A stretch of 64,000 nucleotides of DNA from an uncultured Candidatus Saccharibacteria bacterium (GTDB lineage Bacteria; Patescibacteriota; Saccharimonadia; Saccharimonadales; JAGQNJ01), in NCBI GenBank assembly GCA_964583075.1, contig CAZOUW010000002.1, positions 5,915 to 69,914 on the forward strand, read 5' to 3'. How positions within the stretch are numbered: position 1 is the stretch's first letter; every line of letters begins with the position of its first letter. Below, one piece after another: positions 51,860 to 61,398 of this stretch. Below the pieces are notes generated by a model. That model searched no databases. It was given only the letters and a program-made list of their open reading frames with translations, and was not told the origin of the DNA. The translations under genes were made by a program, and so were the position numbers.

Positions 51860-52173
51860 TTATTCGGGCAAATAAACTTGTGTGAATCCTCTGCGATCTC
51901 TTCTTCGCAAGAAACACACATCTCGGTTAAACCGTAAAATCTTTCACCAGAATTATTAGGATTCGCCTGAAGCGATTCTGTGCCAAGCTCTGTAGAATAG
52001 TGCGTGCAATCATCTGCTTCTTCAGAAAGAATATAGTCTGGATATTCTTCATGATCTGATTGCCCTAACTTAATTGCAGTGTCCCATAACACTTCACACG
52101 ACTGTCTGCAAACCTCAGGAATTTGACCATCAGCATAGAATCCTCCAGCGCGCAATGGACATCTTTCAGACAT
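51856..52173 (-). CDS. Acidic Cys-rich orphan (105 aa) downstream of nusA
   Basis: Starts 7 nt after the nusA stop; 7 Cys including CVSC; stop codon lies in the CIRCE box. Confidence 0.65.
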   Translation of the reverse strand: MSERCPLRAGGFYADGQIPEVCRQSCEVLWDTAIKLGQSDHEEYPDYILSEEADDCTHYSTELGTESLQANPNNSGERFYGLTEMCVSCEEEIAEDSHKFICPNN

Positions 52174-52180
52174 TTTGTGC

Positions 52181-53338
52181 CTATTCGCCGTGTTCTTCGA
52201 TTGCTTCTAGCAGGCTGCTCTCAAGCTCACTCTTCTTCTTGAGCTTTGGCGCTTGCTTCGGAGCTTCAGGGGCTGCCTCTACTGGTGCCTGTGCTTCTTC
52301 TTTCTTACCAACAATATCAATTTCATAGCCCGTCAGTTTACTAGCAAGACGCACATTTTGCCCACTCTTACCAATTGCAATGCTTAACTGGTCTTCTGGC
52401 ACCTGCACAACAGCCTTTTTCTTATCTTCGTCAATGTTCACACTCGCAACTTTAGTTGGGCTCAGCGCATTAACAATGTAGTTTTTGCTATCTTCATCCC
52501 AAATGATGATGTCAATCTTTTCTTGCTCGCCAATTTCGCTCATCACAGCGTTCACGCGCGTACCGTGACCACCTACAAACGTGCCAACCGGATCAACACC
52601 TGGTACTGTGCTTACAACTGCAATTTTGCTACGAATCCCGGCTTCACGCGCAATACCCTTGATCTCAACGGCACCACTCTCCATTTCTGGCACTTCCGCA
52701 CGGAAGAGCCACTCAACAAATTGCGTATTGCCGCGTGATAATACAAGCTGCGGACCACGCATACCGCGTTCAACATCTTTTAAAAACACTTTAAGGCGCT
52801 GCCCAGGATAGTAATGTTCACCCTGGATCTGCTCGCTAGAAGGCAAGATGCCCTGCGCCTTACCAAGATCAACGCGGACAATACGCCCCTCAACACGAGC
52901 AACAATACCGTTAATAACCGTACCGATTTTATCTTGGTATTCATTTACAATAATTTCTCGTTCAGCCTCACGCAAGCGCTGCAAAATAACTTGCTTTGCG
53001 GTCTGCGCAGCCACACGGCCAAAGTTAGATACGTCTTGGTGAAGTTCCAGCGTTTCACCCACCTTGACATTCTTACGGATAGCCTGGGCTTCTGTCAGTG
53101 ATATTTCAAGCTGTGAGTCTTCAACAGAATCGACCACTTCTTTTGAAACATAAGCATCGACGTCACCGGTGTGCAAGTTTACGCTCACGCGGACTTCTTG
53201 TTCTTTATCACCATAATCTTTCTTGTAGGCCGCAGCCAAAGCCTGCTCAACAATTTCCTGAACAGTCTCTTCTGGTAAGTTTTTTTCTTCCGCAATTGCG
53301 CGTAGCGCTACTGCAAGTTGTTTTACATCTAAATCCAT
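52181..53338 (-). CDS. nusA: Transcription termination factor NusA
   Basis: [43 protein letters not shown]. Confidence 0.98.
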   Translation of the reverse strand: MDLDVKQLAVALRAIAEEKNLPEETVQEIVEQALAAAYKKDYGDKEQEVRVSVNLHTGDVDAYVSKEVVDSVEDSQLEISLTEAQAIRKNVKVGETLELHQDVSNFGRVAAQTAKQVILQRLREAEREIIVNEYQDKIGTVINGIVARVEGRIVRVDLGKAQGILPSSEQIQGEHYYPGQRLKVFLKDVERGMRGPQLVLSRGNTQFVEWLFRAEVPEMESGAVEIKGIAREAGIRSKIAVVSTVPGVDPVGTFVGGHGTRVNAVMSEIGEQEKIDIIIWDEDSKNYIVNALSPTKVASVNIDEDKKKAVVQVPEDQLSIAIGKSGQNVRLASKLTGYEIDIVGKKEEAQAPVEAAPEAPKQAPKLKKKSELESSLLEAIEEHGE

Positions 53339-53365
53339 TTTATTTTCCTTTCAAGTCAATGAATC

Positions 53366-53433
53366 AAAAAAGCCGACCTGCCGGCCGACCTAAATACAAC
53401 GCTAATTATACTGCTTTGATCTACAGGAGTCAA
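53366..53433 (-). promoter_or_regulatory. nusA promoter and leader terminator hairpin
   Basis: TTGACT-N17-TATAAT (53433-53405) followed by GTCGGCC-GGCA-GGTCGGC-TTTTT. Confidence 0.7.
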
Positions 53434-53483
53434 AACATTTTATCTTACAGAGATTTTTACTCTGGGCATGCTACTCTATAGTA

Positions 53484-56057
53484 ATGAGTAAATCCGCCAA
53501 GCACCTTTTTGAGCAATTTAAGCCAGAGCACTACGACCTAGCGCTCACTATCGATAAAGAAAAACTAACATTCACAGGAAAAGTCGTAATTACTGGCCAA
53601 AAAACTGGCCGGCCAAGCAAGCGCATTACATTGCATCAACGTGGGCTTACAGTCGTATCAACCAGAATAACCAAATATAGCAAAGCCGACCAAGAAAGCA
53701 TAGAGCCTTCACGAATAGTTCTACATAAAGCATATGATGAGGTGCGATTGCACACAGAAAGAGAACTCTACGCCGGTAAGTACACGGTTGAGATAGAGTT
53801 TTCAGGCAAGATTACCGAGAGCATGCTTGGTATTTACCCTTCATACTTCACACACAAAGGTCGGAAAGAGACGATTATTGCAACTCAATTTGAAAGCCAC
53901 TATGCACGTGAAGTTTTTCCCTGCATTGATGAGCCAATTGCCAAGGCCACTTTTGATTTGACACTCACAACTAAAAAAGGTGACGTTACTCTCTCTAATA
54001 CTCCGTTAAAGTCAGAGACATCAAGTGGAGAATCTACAACCACTATTTTTGAAACAACACCAAAGATGTCAACGTACTTGCTGGCATTTGTGACTGGACC
54101 AATGCACTCAGTTGAAAGTAAAACCAAGAGCGGAACCACCGTGACAAGCTGGAGCAGTATTGCTCGGCCAAAAAAAGAGCTCCAATATTCTGTTGACGAG
54201 GCGGTACGAGTACTCGATTTCTTTACCGATTATTTTGGTGTGCCGTACCCGCTTAAAAAGTGCGATCAAGTTGCATTGCCAGACTTTGACGCTGGTGCTA
54301 TGGAAAACTGGGGACTTATAACCTACCGAGAAGTTGCACTTCTAAGTGACCCTGACAACCCGTCAGTATCAAGCGAGCAATACATATCGTTAGTTGTGGC
54401 GCATGAACTCTCGCACCAATGGTTTGGCAACCTAGTAACCATGAAATGGTGGGATGATCTATGGCTTAACGAAAGTTTTGCGAGCATTATGGAGCACATT
54501 GCCCTTGATGCCATTCACCCCGATTGGCACCAATGGGAGTTTTATGTCGCTACTGATGTAATAGCTACAACCTCTAGAGATATCTATAAAGATATCCAAC
54601 CAGTTGGCGTAAAAGTGACCGATCCGGATCTTATAGATACGCTGTTTGACCCAGGAATTGTCTACGCTAAAGGTGGCAGATTGCTAAAAATGCTGCGCGA
54701 ATACATTGGCGACGCAGCATTCAGAAAAGGCCTGAAGAGCTATTTTGAAAAGCATGCTTACAGTAATACCTCTCGTGAGGATTTGTGGAAAGCGATGGCT
54801 GATGCAAGTGGCAAAGATATCTCTTCCCTAATGACTCCGTGGATCGAACGACCTGGCATGCCCGTACTAACGGTCAGTCAGGATAAAAAGAGGCTTGCGC
54901 TATCGCAGGAACGATTTATATTGGATGCTCAAAATGATCCAACCATTTGGCCAATACCGTTGCTCGCAAATCAGCAATTGCAGAAAGATATTATCACCAG
55001 AAAAGATAGTGGCAATCTTGCCAGCAGTGATGACCCAGTTATCATTAACCAGTTCGGAAGTGGCCACTACTATACTCATTACTTAGAGCCAAAACATAAC
55101 GACTTTTTGGCAGAAGCAATTGCAAAGCGCGAAATCCCAGCAGAAACCAGAATCAATATACTTAATGATAGTTTAATGTTAGCGCGAGGTGGCAAAAGTT
55201 CTTTAGTTGATTCGCTTAAGCTCATTACCAATTGTGCCAATGAAGATAGAGACAATGTTTGGGCACTCATTAGCAGAGTAGTTGGTTCAGCTAGCCAACT
55301 AACAGAAGGTGATGATATTACAGAAGATACGATCAAAATGTTTAAACGTAGTCTCGCGCACAATTGGTACGAAAAGCTAGGCTGGAATGATCAAGCGGAT
55401 GACGACCCAAATACAAAACAGCTCCGTCATACTGCTATTGCGTTCATGCTGGGCGGAGAGGATAAAGTAGCTATAAATGAAGCACTTGCTATTTTTAAGA
55501 AGTCAGATGACCTTTCTGCACTTAATGCTGAACTGCGTGCGAGCATTTTAAGTACAGCGATTCGGCATGGCTCACCTAATAATGTTGATTCGCTCACTAG
55601 AGCCTATAAAGATGCCTCGCCGGATCTGCAAATAGATATCACCTCTGCTCTTTCTAGTACTAAAGATCCACAAGTTGCAAAAAATGTCATCAATCAGGCA
55701 CTCGGCAAAAATGGTTTTGTAAGACCACAAGATATAATGCGCTGGGTTGCGATGTTCCTGCGCAACCGATACACTCGCTCGGTCGCTTGGGATTTTATTG
55801 TCAATGAATGGAAATGGCTTGAAGAAACGCTTGAAAAGAGTAAATCCTTCGATTATCTGCCTGTATACTGCGCAAGTGTTATGAATAGCAAATCCTGGGA
55901 AGAAAAATATCACGAGTTGTTTGAACCAAAACTAAGTAATAAAACGCTTGAGCGCAATATCCGAGTAGGCTTTTCAGACATTGCCGCCCGGGTTGCGTGG
56001 CGAGAGCGTGATGAAAAACCAATAAAAGATTTCTTCAAAGCTCAAGCAAAAAATTAG
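53484..56057 (+). CDS. pepN: M1 family aminopeptidase N
   Basis: GAMENWG, HELSH-X18-E, ERAP1-like C-terminal domain. Confidence 0.95.
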   Translation: MSKSAKHLFEQFKPEHYDLALTIDKEKLTFTGKVVITGQKTGRPSKRITLHQRGLTVVSTRITKYSKADQESIEPSRIVLHKAYDEVRLHTERELYAGKYTVEIEFSGKITESMLGIYPSYFTHKGRKETIIATQFESHYAREVFPCIDEPIAKATFDLTLTTKKGDVTLSNTPLKSETSSGESTTTIFETTPKMSTYLLAFVTGPMHSVESKTKSGTTVTSWSSIARPKKELQYSVDEAVRVLDFFTDYFGVPYPLKKCDQVALPDFDAGAMENWGLITYREVALLSDPDNPSVSSEQYISLVVAHELSHQWFGNLVTMKWWDDLWLNESFASIMEHIALDAIHPDWHQWEFYVATDVIATTSRDIYKDIQPVGVKVTDPDLIDTLFDPGIVYAKGGRLLKMLREYIGDAAFRKGLKSYFEKHAYSNTSREDLWKAMADASGKDISSLMTPWIERPGMPVLTVSQDKKRLALSQERFILDAQNDPTIWPIPLLANQQLQKDIITRKDSGNLASSDDPVIINQFGSGHYYTHYLEPKHNDFLAEAIAKREIPAETRINILNDSLMLARGGKSSLVDSLKLITNCANEDRDNVWALISRVVGSASQLTEGDDITEDTIKMFKRSLAHNWYEKLGWNDQADDDPNTKQLRHTAIAFMLGGEDKVAINEALAIFKKSDDLSALNAELRASILSTAIRHGSPNNVDSLTRAYKDASPDLQIDITSALSSTKDPQVAKNVINQALGKNGFVRPQDIMRWVAMFLRNRYTRSVAWDFIVNEWKWLEETLEKSKSFDYLPVYCASVMNSKSWEEKYHELFEPKLSNKTLERNIRVGFSDIAARVAWRERDEKPIKDFFKAQAKN

Positions 56058-56376
56058 TCACCGCAAAATCCTTGCCACTTACTTCAATGGCCGCCAGTTG
56101 ATAATCATTGCTCCAGTTGTTTGAATTCACCCATACTTCAGCTGCAAACCCCATTTGTTTGAGCTTGTTTGGTGTAATATAATCTAAACCTTCACCCCAA
56201 GAATCTGAGGCACGGTATTTGACCTCCACAAAGTAAACTGTTTGACCTTTACGAGCCACGATGTCGATTTCACAGTAACGTGTCCGCCAATTTTGCTCCA
56301 ATATTGCAAACCCTTGCTGCTGCAAGTATTCTGCAGCTGTTGCTTCTGCCTGCCGGCCAGTGCTTGTCGTAGTCAT
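56035..56376 (-). CDS. yraN: YraN family (UPF0102) nuclease
   Basis: G..AE..A..YL, NWR...EIDIV, FVEVK; adjacent to rnhB. Confidence 0.9.
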   Translation of the reverse strand: MTTTSTGRQAEATAAEYLQQQGFAILEQNWRTRYCEIDIVARKGQTVYFVEVKYRASDSWGEGLDYITPNKLKQMGFAAEVWVNSNNWSNDYQLAAIEVSGKDFAVTNFLLEL

Positions 56377-56927
56377 GCGAATTCTCTCACTGGCCTATAT
56401 GATAGGCGATGGATAGCCGTTACACCGTGGTCTTTTAATGCCTGAATGTGTTTTGCTGTCCCATAGCCAACGTGGCTATCAAAACCATGGTTCGGGAATT
56501 CTTTGGCTAAACCCGCCATCAAGCTATCTCGTGTAACCTTCGCATAAATACTCGCTGCACTCACAATTGGATAATCTGCATCTGCCCTGATTGCACAGGT
56601 TACATTGGTGAATATAGAATTACAGTAGTTTATGTTCCCATCCATAATAATTTCTTCATCATTTTGAGCTCTAATTTCGGTCAGCGCTCGCATGACTGCC
56701 AATCTCATCGCGTTAGATAATCCAAGTTCGTCAATTTCATTTGGTTTGGCCCAGCCATGCCCAAGATCACAAGATGTTTTGATATCTTGAATAAGATTTG
56801 ATCGTGCACTTTTTGTCAGTTTTTTTGAATCAGCCAAGCCCTTTGGAAGTTCGGACTTCTGGCGCGCAGCTACAACCAGTAACGGCCCAGCCCATGCACC
56901 ACGACCAACCTCATCAATCCCAATCAT
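56373..56927 (-). CDS. rnhB: Ribonuclease HII
   Basis: MIGIDEVGRGAWAGP, DSKK, AASIYAKVTRD; start moved to 56927. Confidence 0.96.
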   Translation of the reverse strand: MIGIDEVGRGAWAGPLLVVAARQKSELPKGLADSKKLTKSARSNLIQDIKTSCDLGHGWAKPNEIDELGLSNAMRLAVMRALTEIRAQNDEEIIMDGNINYCNSIFTNVTCAIRADADYPIVSAASIYAKVTRDSLMAGLAKEFPNHGFDSHVGYGTAKHIQALKDHGVTAIHRLSYRPVREFA

Positions 56928-56955
56928 ATTAGTAGTATAAACCATACTTAAACTG

Positions 56956-56964
56956 TGGTAATAT
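56956..56964 (+). promoter_or_regulatory. Extended -10 element for the tRNA-like RNA
   Basis: TG-G-TAATAT, 6 nt before the first base of the acceptor stem. Confidence 0.55.
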
Positions 56965-56970
56965 ACCCCT

Positions 56971-57043
56971 GATGTGGTGGCCGAGAATAGGTGGTAGCTT
57001 GCAAAGCTACATACGGTAGGATAATGTCTACCCCACATCTCCA
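56971..57043 (+). tRNA. Non-canonical tRNA-Cys(GCA)-like RNA
   Basis: Acceptor GATGTGG/CCACATC, U73, CCA; anticodon arm GTAGC-TTGCAAA-GCTAC; T stem GGTAG/CTACC with 8-nt loop GATAATGT; D arm GCC-GAGAATA-GGT. Confidence 0.85.
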
Positions 57044-57049
57044 ATAAAT

Positions 57050-58030
57050 ATGACCGCACAAGAATACATTACCGAAAAACTAGAAGAGTTAAGTCAGCCA
57101 AAAAGCCTGAAACAACCGACCAGTCAGAATGCGATGGTAGAGGCCATCTACACTGCAGTGATGTCAAAAAAGTTTCGCAAATACTCTGCAAACGATAACC
57201 TAAAGCGATACATTAGAAACGCAATCAAGATTAATATCGAAAAGAATGAGCCGATTAATATTACCTTTGTCCACGGTGCATACAAGCTATGGAGGCTCGA
57301 AGAGTCACCAGAAGTTGATTGGGCTGAACTTTTTTCGTTAATGTATTACACGAATTGGGTAAAACCAATCTGCGAAATTTACAAACCTGGTGTCTGGTTC
57401 GATTTCTTCGTTGATGACTTCATTATCAACAGGCTAAACAATGTATCCATGGACGATATAAGAACATATATTCACACGTACCAGAGTTTGATTGATTTTT
57501 TAAAGTCATACCAGCCGAAGAATCTCAAGATGACCATTACGACCGTAGGTGGACAATTTCCCTCTGAAAATGCGTTCAATGAATCATTGCAGAATAATCT
57601 AGACAACCTCGAATCAGCAAATAACAATAAGCTACCTGTGCTAACTACAGAGCAAAAAGCTATGGTTGAGATGAATGCCCGGCCCACAGAAGAACAGCTG
57701 AAAGATCCGGAATGGAAAGAGAAAATCTATAACCTCCATAACGCATACATGGCCACAAAAGCCGAACCTGGCTACCATAAAGGGCGGCCTGAAAAGATTA
57801 TTGCCTTTAATCAGCCACTTCCTTCGGGTACAACAATATCTGTTGGTTCAACAAAAGATTCAATTATGAAATTCTGGATTGGAGTCGGAGTACTAAAACC
57901 TCGAGATGATTCGTACCGTCAAATCATACTATCATCGAGTCAAGTAGAGAAAGCAGAATTTCACTTCGAGCAAGTTCATATCGGTTCGCTTAAAGATAAG
58001 AATTTCGCAAAAATTCGTGTTTTGAACTAA
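57050..58030 (+). CDS. Uncharacterised 326-aa enzyme with distant PvcA/Dit1 (isonitrile synthase)-like motifs
   Basis: EPINITFVHGAYK, P.VDWAELFSL, I.EIYKPGV.F.F..DD and KFWIGVGV resemble PvcA-family blocks (recognised by eye, not searched); the ORF itself is well supported. Confidence 0.6.
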   Translation: MTAQEYITEKLEELSQPKSLKQPTSQNAMVEAIYTAVMSKKFRKYSANDNLKRYIRNAIKINIEKNEPINITFVHGAYKLWRLEESPEVDWAELFSLMYYTNWVKPICEIYKPGVWFDFFVDDFIINRLNNVSMDDIRTYIHTYQSLIDFLKSYQPKNLKMTITTVGGQFPSENAFNESLQNNLDNLESANNNKLPVLTTEQKAMVEMNARPTEEQLKDPEWKEKIYNLHNAYMATKAEPGYHKGRPEKIIAFNQPLPSGTTISVGSTKDSIMKFWIGVGVLKPRDDSYRQIILSSSQVEKAEFHFEQVHIGSLKDKNFAKIRVLN

Positions 58031-58052
58031 AAACCGCTCACAGGAGCGGTTT
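58029..58052. terminator. Bidirectional terminator between the PvcA-like ORF and rplS
   Basis: AAAAACCGCTC-ACAG-GAGCGGTTT. Confidence 0.85.
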
Positions 58053-58055
58053 GAT

Positions 58056-58502
58056 TTATTCCTTGGTTTCTTCGACTTCAGGTTTAGCGTCTTCTGCTTC
58101 AGCCTTTGGCTCTTCAGCAGGCTTTTCTTCTACCTTGTTAACCGCTTCTTTATCAAAAGCAACGCCAGTCAAGCGTGCTGATTTGCCAGTAAGCTTACGC
58201 ATATAGCTTAAGTAGTTACGGCGTACTTTGCTACGCTTAACAATCTCAACCTTTACAACAAGTGGTGAATGCAGCAAATAGCTTTTTTCTACACCGATGC
58301 CGCTGGCAATACGGCGGACAGTAATACGTGAGGTATGGCTATTTTTACGGTCAGTACGGATAACAAGGCCTTCAAAAACCTGAACACGCTCTTTGTTGCC
58401 CTCTTTAATCTTTTGGTGCACACGAACAGTGTCACCAGAGCGAACATCCACTACTTGGTGTTTCTTATATTTTTCTTCAATTTTCTGAACTACAGAATTC
58501 AT
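58056..58502 (-). CDS. rplS: 50S ribosomal protein L19
   Basis: GDTVRVH.KIKEG.KERVQVFEG, GIGVEK, KVRR. Confidence 0.98.
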   Translation of the reverse strand: MNSVVQKIEEKYKKHQVVDVRSGDTVRVHQKIKEGNKERVQVFEGLVIRTDRKNSHTSRITVRRIASGIGVEKSYLLHSPLVVKVEIVKRSKVRRNYLSYMRKLTGKSARLTGVAFDKEAVNKVEEKPAEEPKAEAEDAKPEVEETKE

Positions 58503-58588
58503 AGACCAATGTATTCTACACTGTTTAACAGATTAATGCAACTGGCAATGTGCCTTGAGAAAGTTTGCATGAATGCTATGATTAGTAG

Positions 58589-59728
58589 ATGAGTAGAGAC
58601 TACGGCCAAGAAGCGTTAGAGCAACACAAAAACCTAAAAGGCAAAATTAGCTTGCAATTAAAGGACGTGCTCGATTCACAAGACAAATTAAGCACCCACT
58701 ACACACCTGGCGTAGCCGCCGTGAGCAGCCACATTGCCAAAAATCCGCATGAAGCCCGCGATTATACGTGGCTCCATAACACCGTAGCAGTTATTAGTGA
58801 CGGCTCTGCTGTACTTGGCCTCGGTAATATTGGCCCTAAAGCCTCTTTACCAGTTATGGAAGGCAAGGCTATGCTGTTTAAGCATTTTGCGGACATTGAC
58901 GCTATTCCGCTGATACTTGATGTTCATAGCCCAGACGAAATTGTGGCTGCTGTAAAAGCTTTTGCGCCAAGTTTTGGAGGTATTAACTTAGAGGATATTG
59001 CCGCGCCGCAGTGTTTTGAGATTGAAGAGCGTCTAAAGGCCGAGCTTGATATTCCAGTATTCCACGATGACCAACACGGCACCGCAATTGTAGTTTTAGC
59101 TGGCCTGATCAATGCCATGAAAATCACTGGCAAGGACCTCAGCAAATCAAGAATTGTTGTAGTCGGTGCTGGCGCGGCCGGAACTGCAATTATCAAGCTA
59201 CTCAACTTTTACGCAGCACCAGAAATTCTAGCGGTAGATAGCAAGGGTATCGTTAGCCAAGACCGAAACGATTTAAATGATGAAAAGAAAAAACTGTTGG
59301 AATTTACCAACAAAAATAACGTCAGTGGCTCGCTAGAAGACGCATTAAAGAATGCAGATATATTTATTGGCGTATCAAAGGGCGGTCTTTTAACTTCTGA
59401 TATGGTCAAGGCAATGGCCAAAGACCCAATTATCTTTGCCATGGCCAACCCTACGCCCGAGATCATGCCAGAAGAAGCTAAAGCTGCCGGTGCTGCTATT
59501 GTTGCTACTGGCCGTAGCGACTTCCCTAACCAGGTGAATAACGCACTGGCCTTCCCGGGTATCTTCCGTGGTGCGCTTGATAACAAGGTGACCAAAATTA
59601 CCGACCAGCATAAAATTGACACCGCGCAAGCAATTGCAAGCCTGGTAGAAAGCCCGTCTGCAGAGCAAATTATTCCGTCTGTACTCGATGATCGCCTGGT
59701 ACCAACAATCGCCAAGGTAATTGTTTAG
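58589..59728 (+). CDS. NAD(P)-dependent malic enzyme
   Basis: [47 protein letters not shown]. Confidence 0.95.
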   Translation: MSRDYGQEALEQHKNLKGKISLQLKDVLDSQDKLSTHYTPGVAAVSSHIAKNPHEARDYTWLHNTVAVISDGSAVLGLGNIGPKASLPVMEGKAMLFKHFADIDAIPLILDVHSPDEIVAAVKAFAPSFGGINLEDIAAPQCFEIEERLKAELDIPVFHDDQHGTAIVVLAGLINAMKITGKDLSKSRIVVVGAGAAGTAIIKLLNFYAAPEILAVDSKGIVSQDRNDLNDEKKKLLEFTNKNNVSGSLEDALKNADIFIGVSKGGLLTSDMVKAMAKDPIIFAMANPTPEIMPEEAKAAGAAIVATGRSDFPNQVNNALAFPGIFRGALDNKVTKITDQHKIDTAQAIASLVESPSAEQIIPSVLDDRLVPTIAKVIV

Positions 59729-61329
59729 CCCAAGACTCGCATAACCTCGTCCAGTGTAGTCTGGCCAGCGCAAACTTTTAAGATCGCATCATGTCGCATG
59801 GTCTTCATGCCGCTTTTTACTGCTGCTTGTTCAATCTCGTCCGTTGTAGTTGCTTTATTGCCACCCTGCATAAGCTGCAGAATCGGTCCACTCATCAAAA
59901 ACTGCTCACGTAACGCAAGTTGCCCACGATACCCATATGGGTTATCCGCAGATTTACCAGGCTTATAGAGTTTTAGACCATCGAGTACGGGCTTCTGTAT
60001 ACCGTCTGGTAAGGTATCCAGCGATTTTTGTATATAAGCACGTTCTTCCTCAGTAGGGTCATAGGCTTGCTTCGTTGAGTCATCCAACTTACGCACTAGC
60101 CGCTGGGCCATGACCAATCGAATAGCGGATGCAAACAATGGATTTGCACCAATCACATCCATCAGACGCGTCAGTGCTGCTGCAGCTGAGCCGGCGTGGA
60201 ACGTAGAAAGTACCAAATGACCAGTTAGGGAGGCTTGCAAAGCCGTCTTGGCCGTATCCATATCTCGAATCTCCCCCACCATCACAATATCTGGGTCAAG
60301 ACGCAAAACCGCCCTCAATTTTTCTGCAAAGCTAAAATCCTGCGTTCCATGGCTCGTCACAGATATCTGAGTTAGTCCTTCAAATTGATATTCAACAGGA
60401 TCTTCAATGGTTATAATCTTGCGACTGTCATCGTTGAGCGAATTAAGCATGGAGTACAGAGTTGTAGTTTTACCTGAACCAGTCGGACCAACCGCCAAGA
60501 CAAGACCCGAGGGCTTGGCGATAATATCATCGACAATCTTACGCTCTTCTGGACTTAAACCTAGTTTATCGAGTTTATACATGTCCTGACTCATGTTAAA
60601 CAAGCGCATGACAACATCCATGCCATTGATTGCAGGAACAGTTTCGACACGAAGATTTACATCAACCTCAGCGCCATCCGCCATGCGTACGCGCTGGGCA
60701 ATATGACCCTGTTGCGCATCAGGGGCCTGAGTTGATATATTAGCCGCACTCGCAATCGCCGAAATCAAGATCCGGTATTTATCTGGCCTTATACGGGCAA
60801 TAGGGTGAAGAACACCATCAATCCTAAAACGTATTCGCACATAATCACGTTGGTTCTCTGTGTGAATATCAGATGCCTTCAGCTTATGAGCTTGATGAAC
60901 AAGATATGCCAGCATGTCATCCGCCCTAACTTGTTCCAGCATATTAGAAACCCTAGAAATTAGATCATTCGTCCCTGCGTTTGTAAGCTCAATGTCTTGG
61001 TATTCAACTTTTTTGGGAGGATCATACAGACGCATATACTCGCGAAAACCGCTGTCAGCAATCAATGCGAAACTAACACGTTGATCAAGAAATCGTTGGC
61101 GCAAACTCGACATAGTCGCCTGAGATGTTGTGTTTGTTACTCCAAAGGTAATATTGTTAGGGTCTGCTTGTATTGGCACTATTTTAAGTTGATAAAGTTC
61201 GCTACTGGGCATCAGGTCTTTATAGAGAATCTTGTTTGTGATCTGAGAGGTGTCAATATATGGCAATCCCAGGATTCGAGCACGTCGCAAAGTTGACTGC
61301 TCGTCGTCGTATCTTGCATTCTGACTCAT
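59725..61329 (-). CDS. Type IV pilus / T2SS assembly ATPase (PilB/GspE family)
   Basis: ASDIH, RFRIDGVL, GPTGSGKTTT, TIEDPVEY, DPDIVMVGEIRD, TGHLVLSTFH. Confidence 0.93.
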   Translation of the reverse strand: MSQNARYDDEQSTLRRARILGLPYIDTSQITNKILYKDLMPSSELYQLKIVPIQADPNNITFGVTNTTSQATMSSLRQRFLDQRVSFALIADSGFREYMRLYDPPKKVEYQDIELTNAGTNDLISRVSNMLEQVRADDMLAYLVHQAHKLKASDIHTENQRDYVRIRFRIDGVLHPIARIRPDKYRILISAIASAANISTQAPDAQQGHIAQRVRMADGAEVDVNLRVETVPAINGMDVVMRLFNMSQDMYKLDKLGLSPEERKIVDDIIAKPSGLVLAVGPTGSGKTTTLYSMLNSLNDDSRKIITIEDPVEYQFEGLTQISVTSHGTQDFSFAEKLRAVLRLDPDIVMVGEIRDMDTAKTALQASLTGHLVLSTFHAGSAAAALTRLMDVIGANPLFASAIRLVMAQRLVRKLDDSTKQAYDPTEEERAYIQKSLDTLPDGIQKPVLDGLKLYKPGKSADNPYGYRGQLALREQFLMSGPILQLMQGGNKATTTDEIEQAAVKSGMKTMRHDAILKVCAGQTTLDEVMRVLG

Positions 61330-61398
61330 GACCTAGAGCCCACCCATTGTCACTTTTAACATATACTGCTATTTAACCACAGATGTTAGACTATGTGA

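Noticed and set aside
2728-57059. Long N-terminal extensions in the ORF track for infA, rpmC, rpsG, tig, dsbB, the methyltransferase and rnhB
   Set aside because: They overlap neighbouring genes or RNAs; downstream ATGs fit family N-termini and promoter or RBS signals.
57050-58030. Naming the 326-aa protein a cyclodipeptide synthase or a true isonitrile synthase
   Set aside because: The CDPS HxxxGxS and YxxxExP motifs and the PvcA LPAFP and SDG motifs are not present exactly; only a distant resemblance is claimed.
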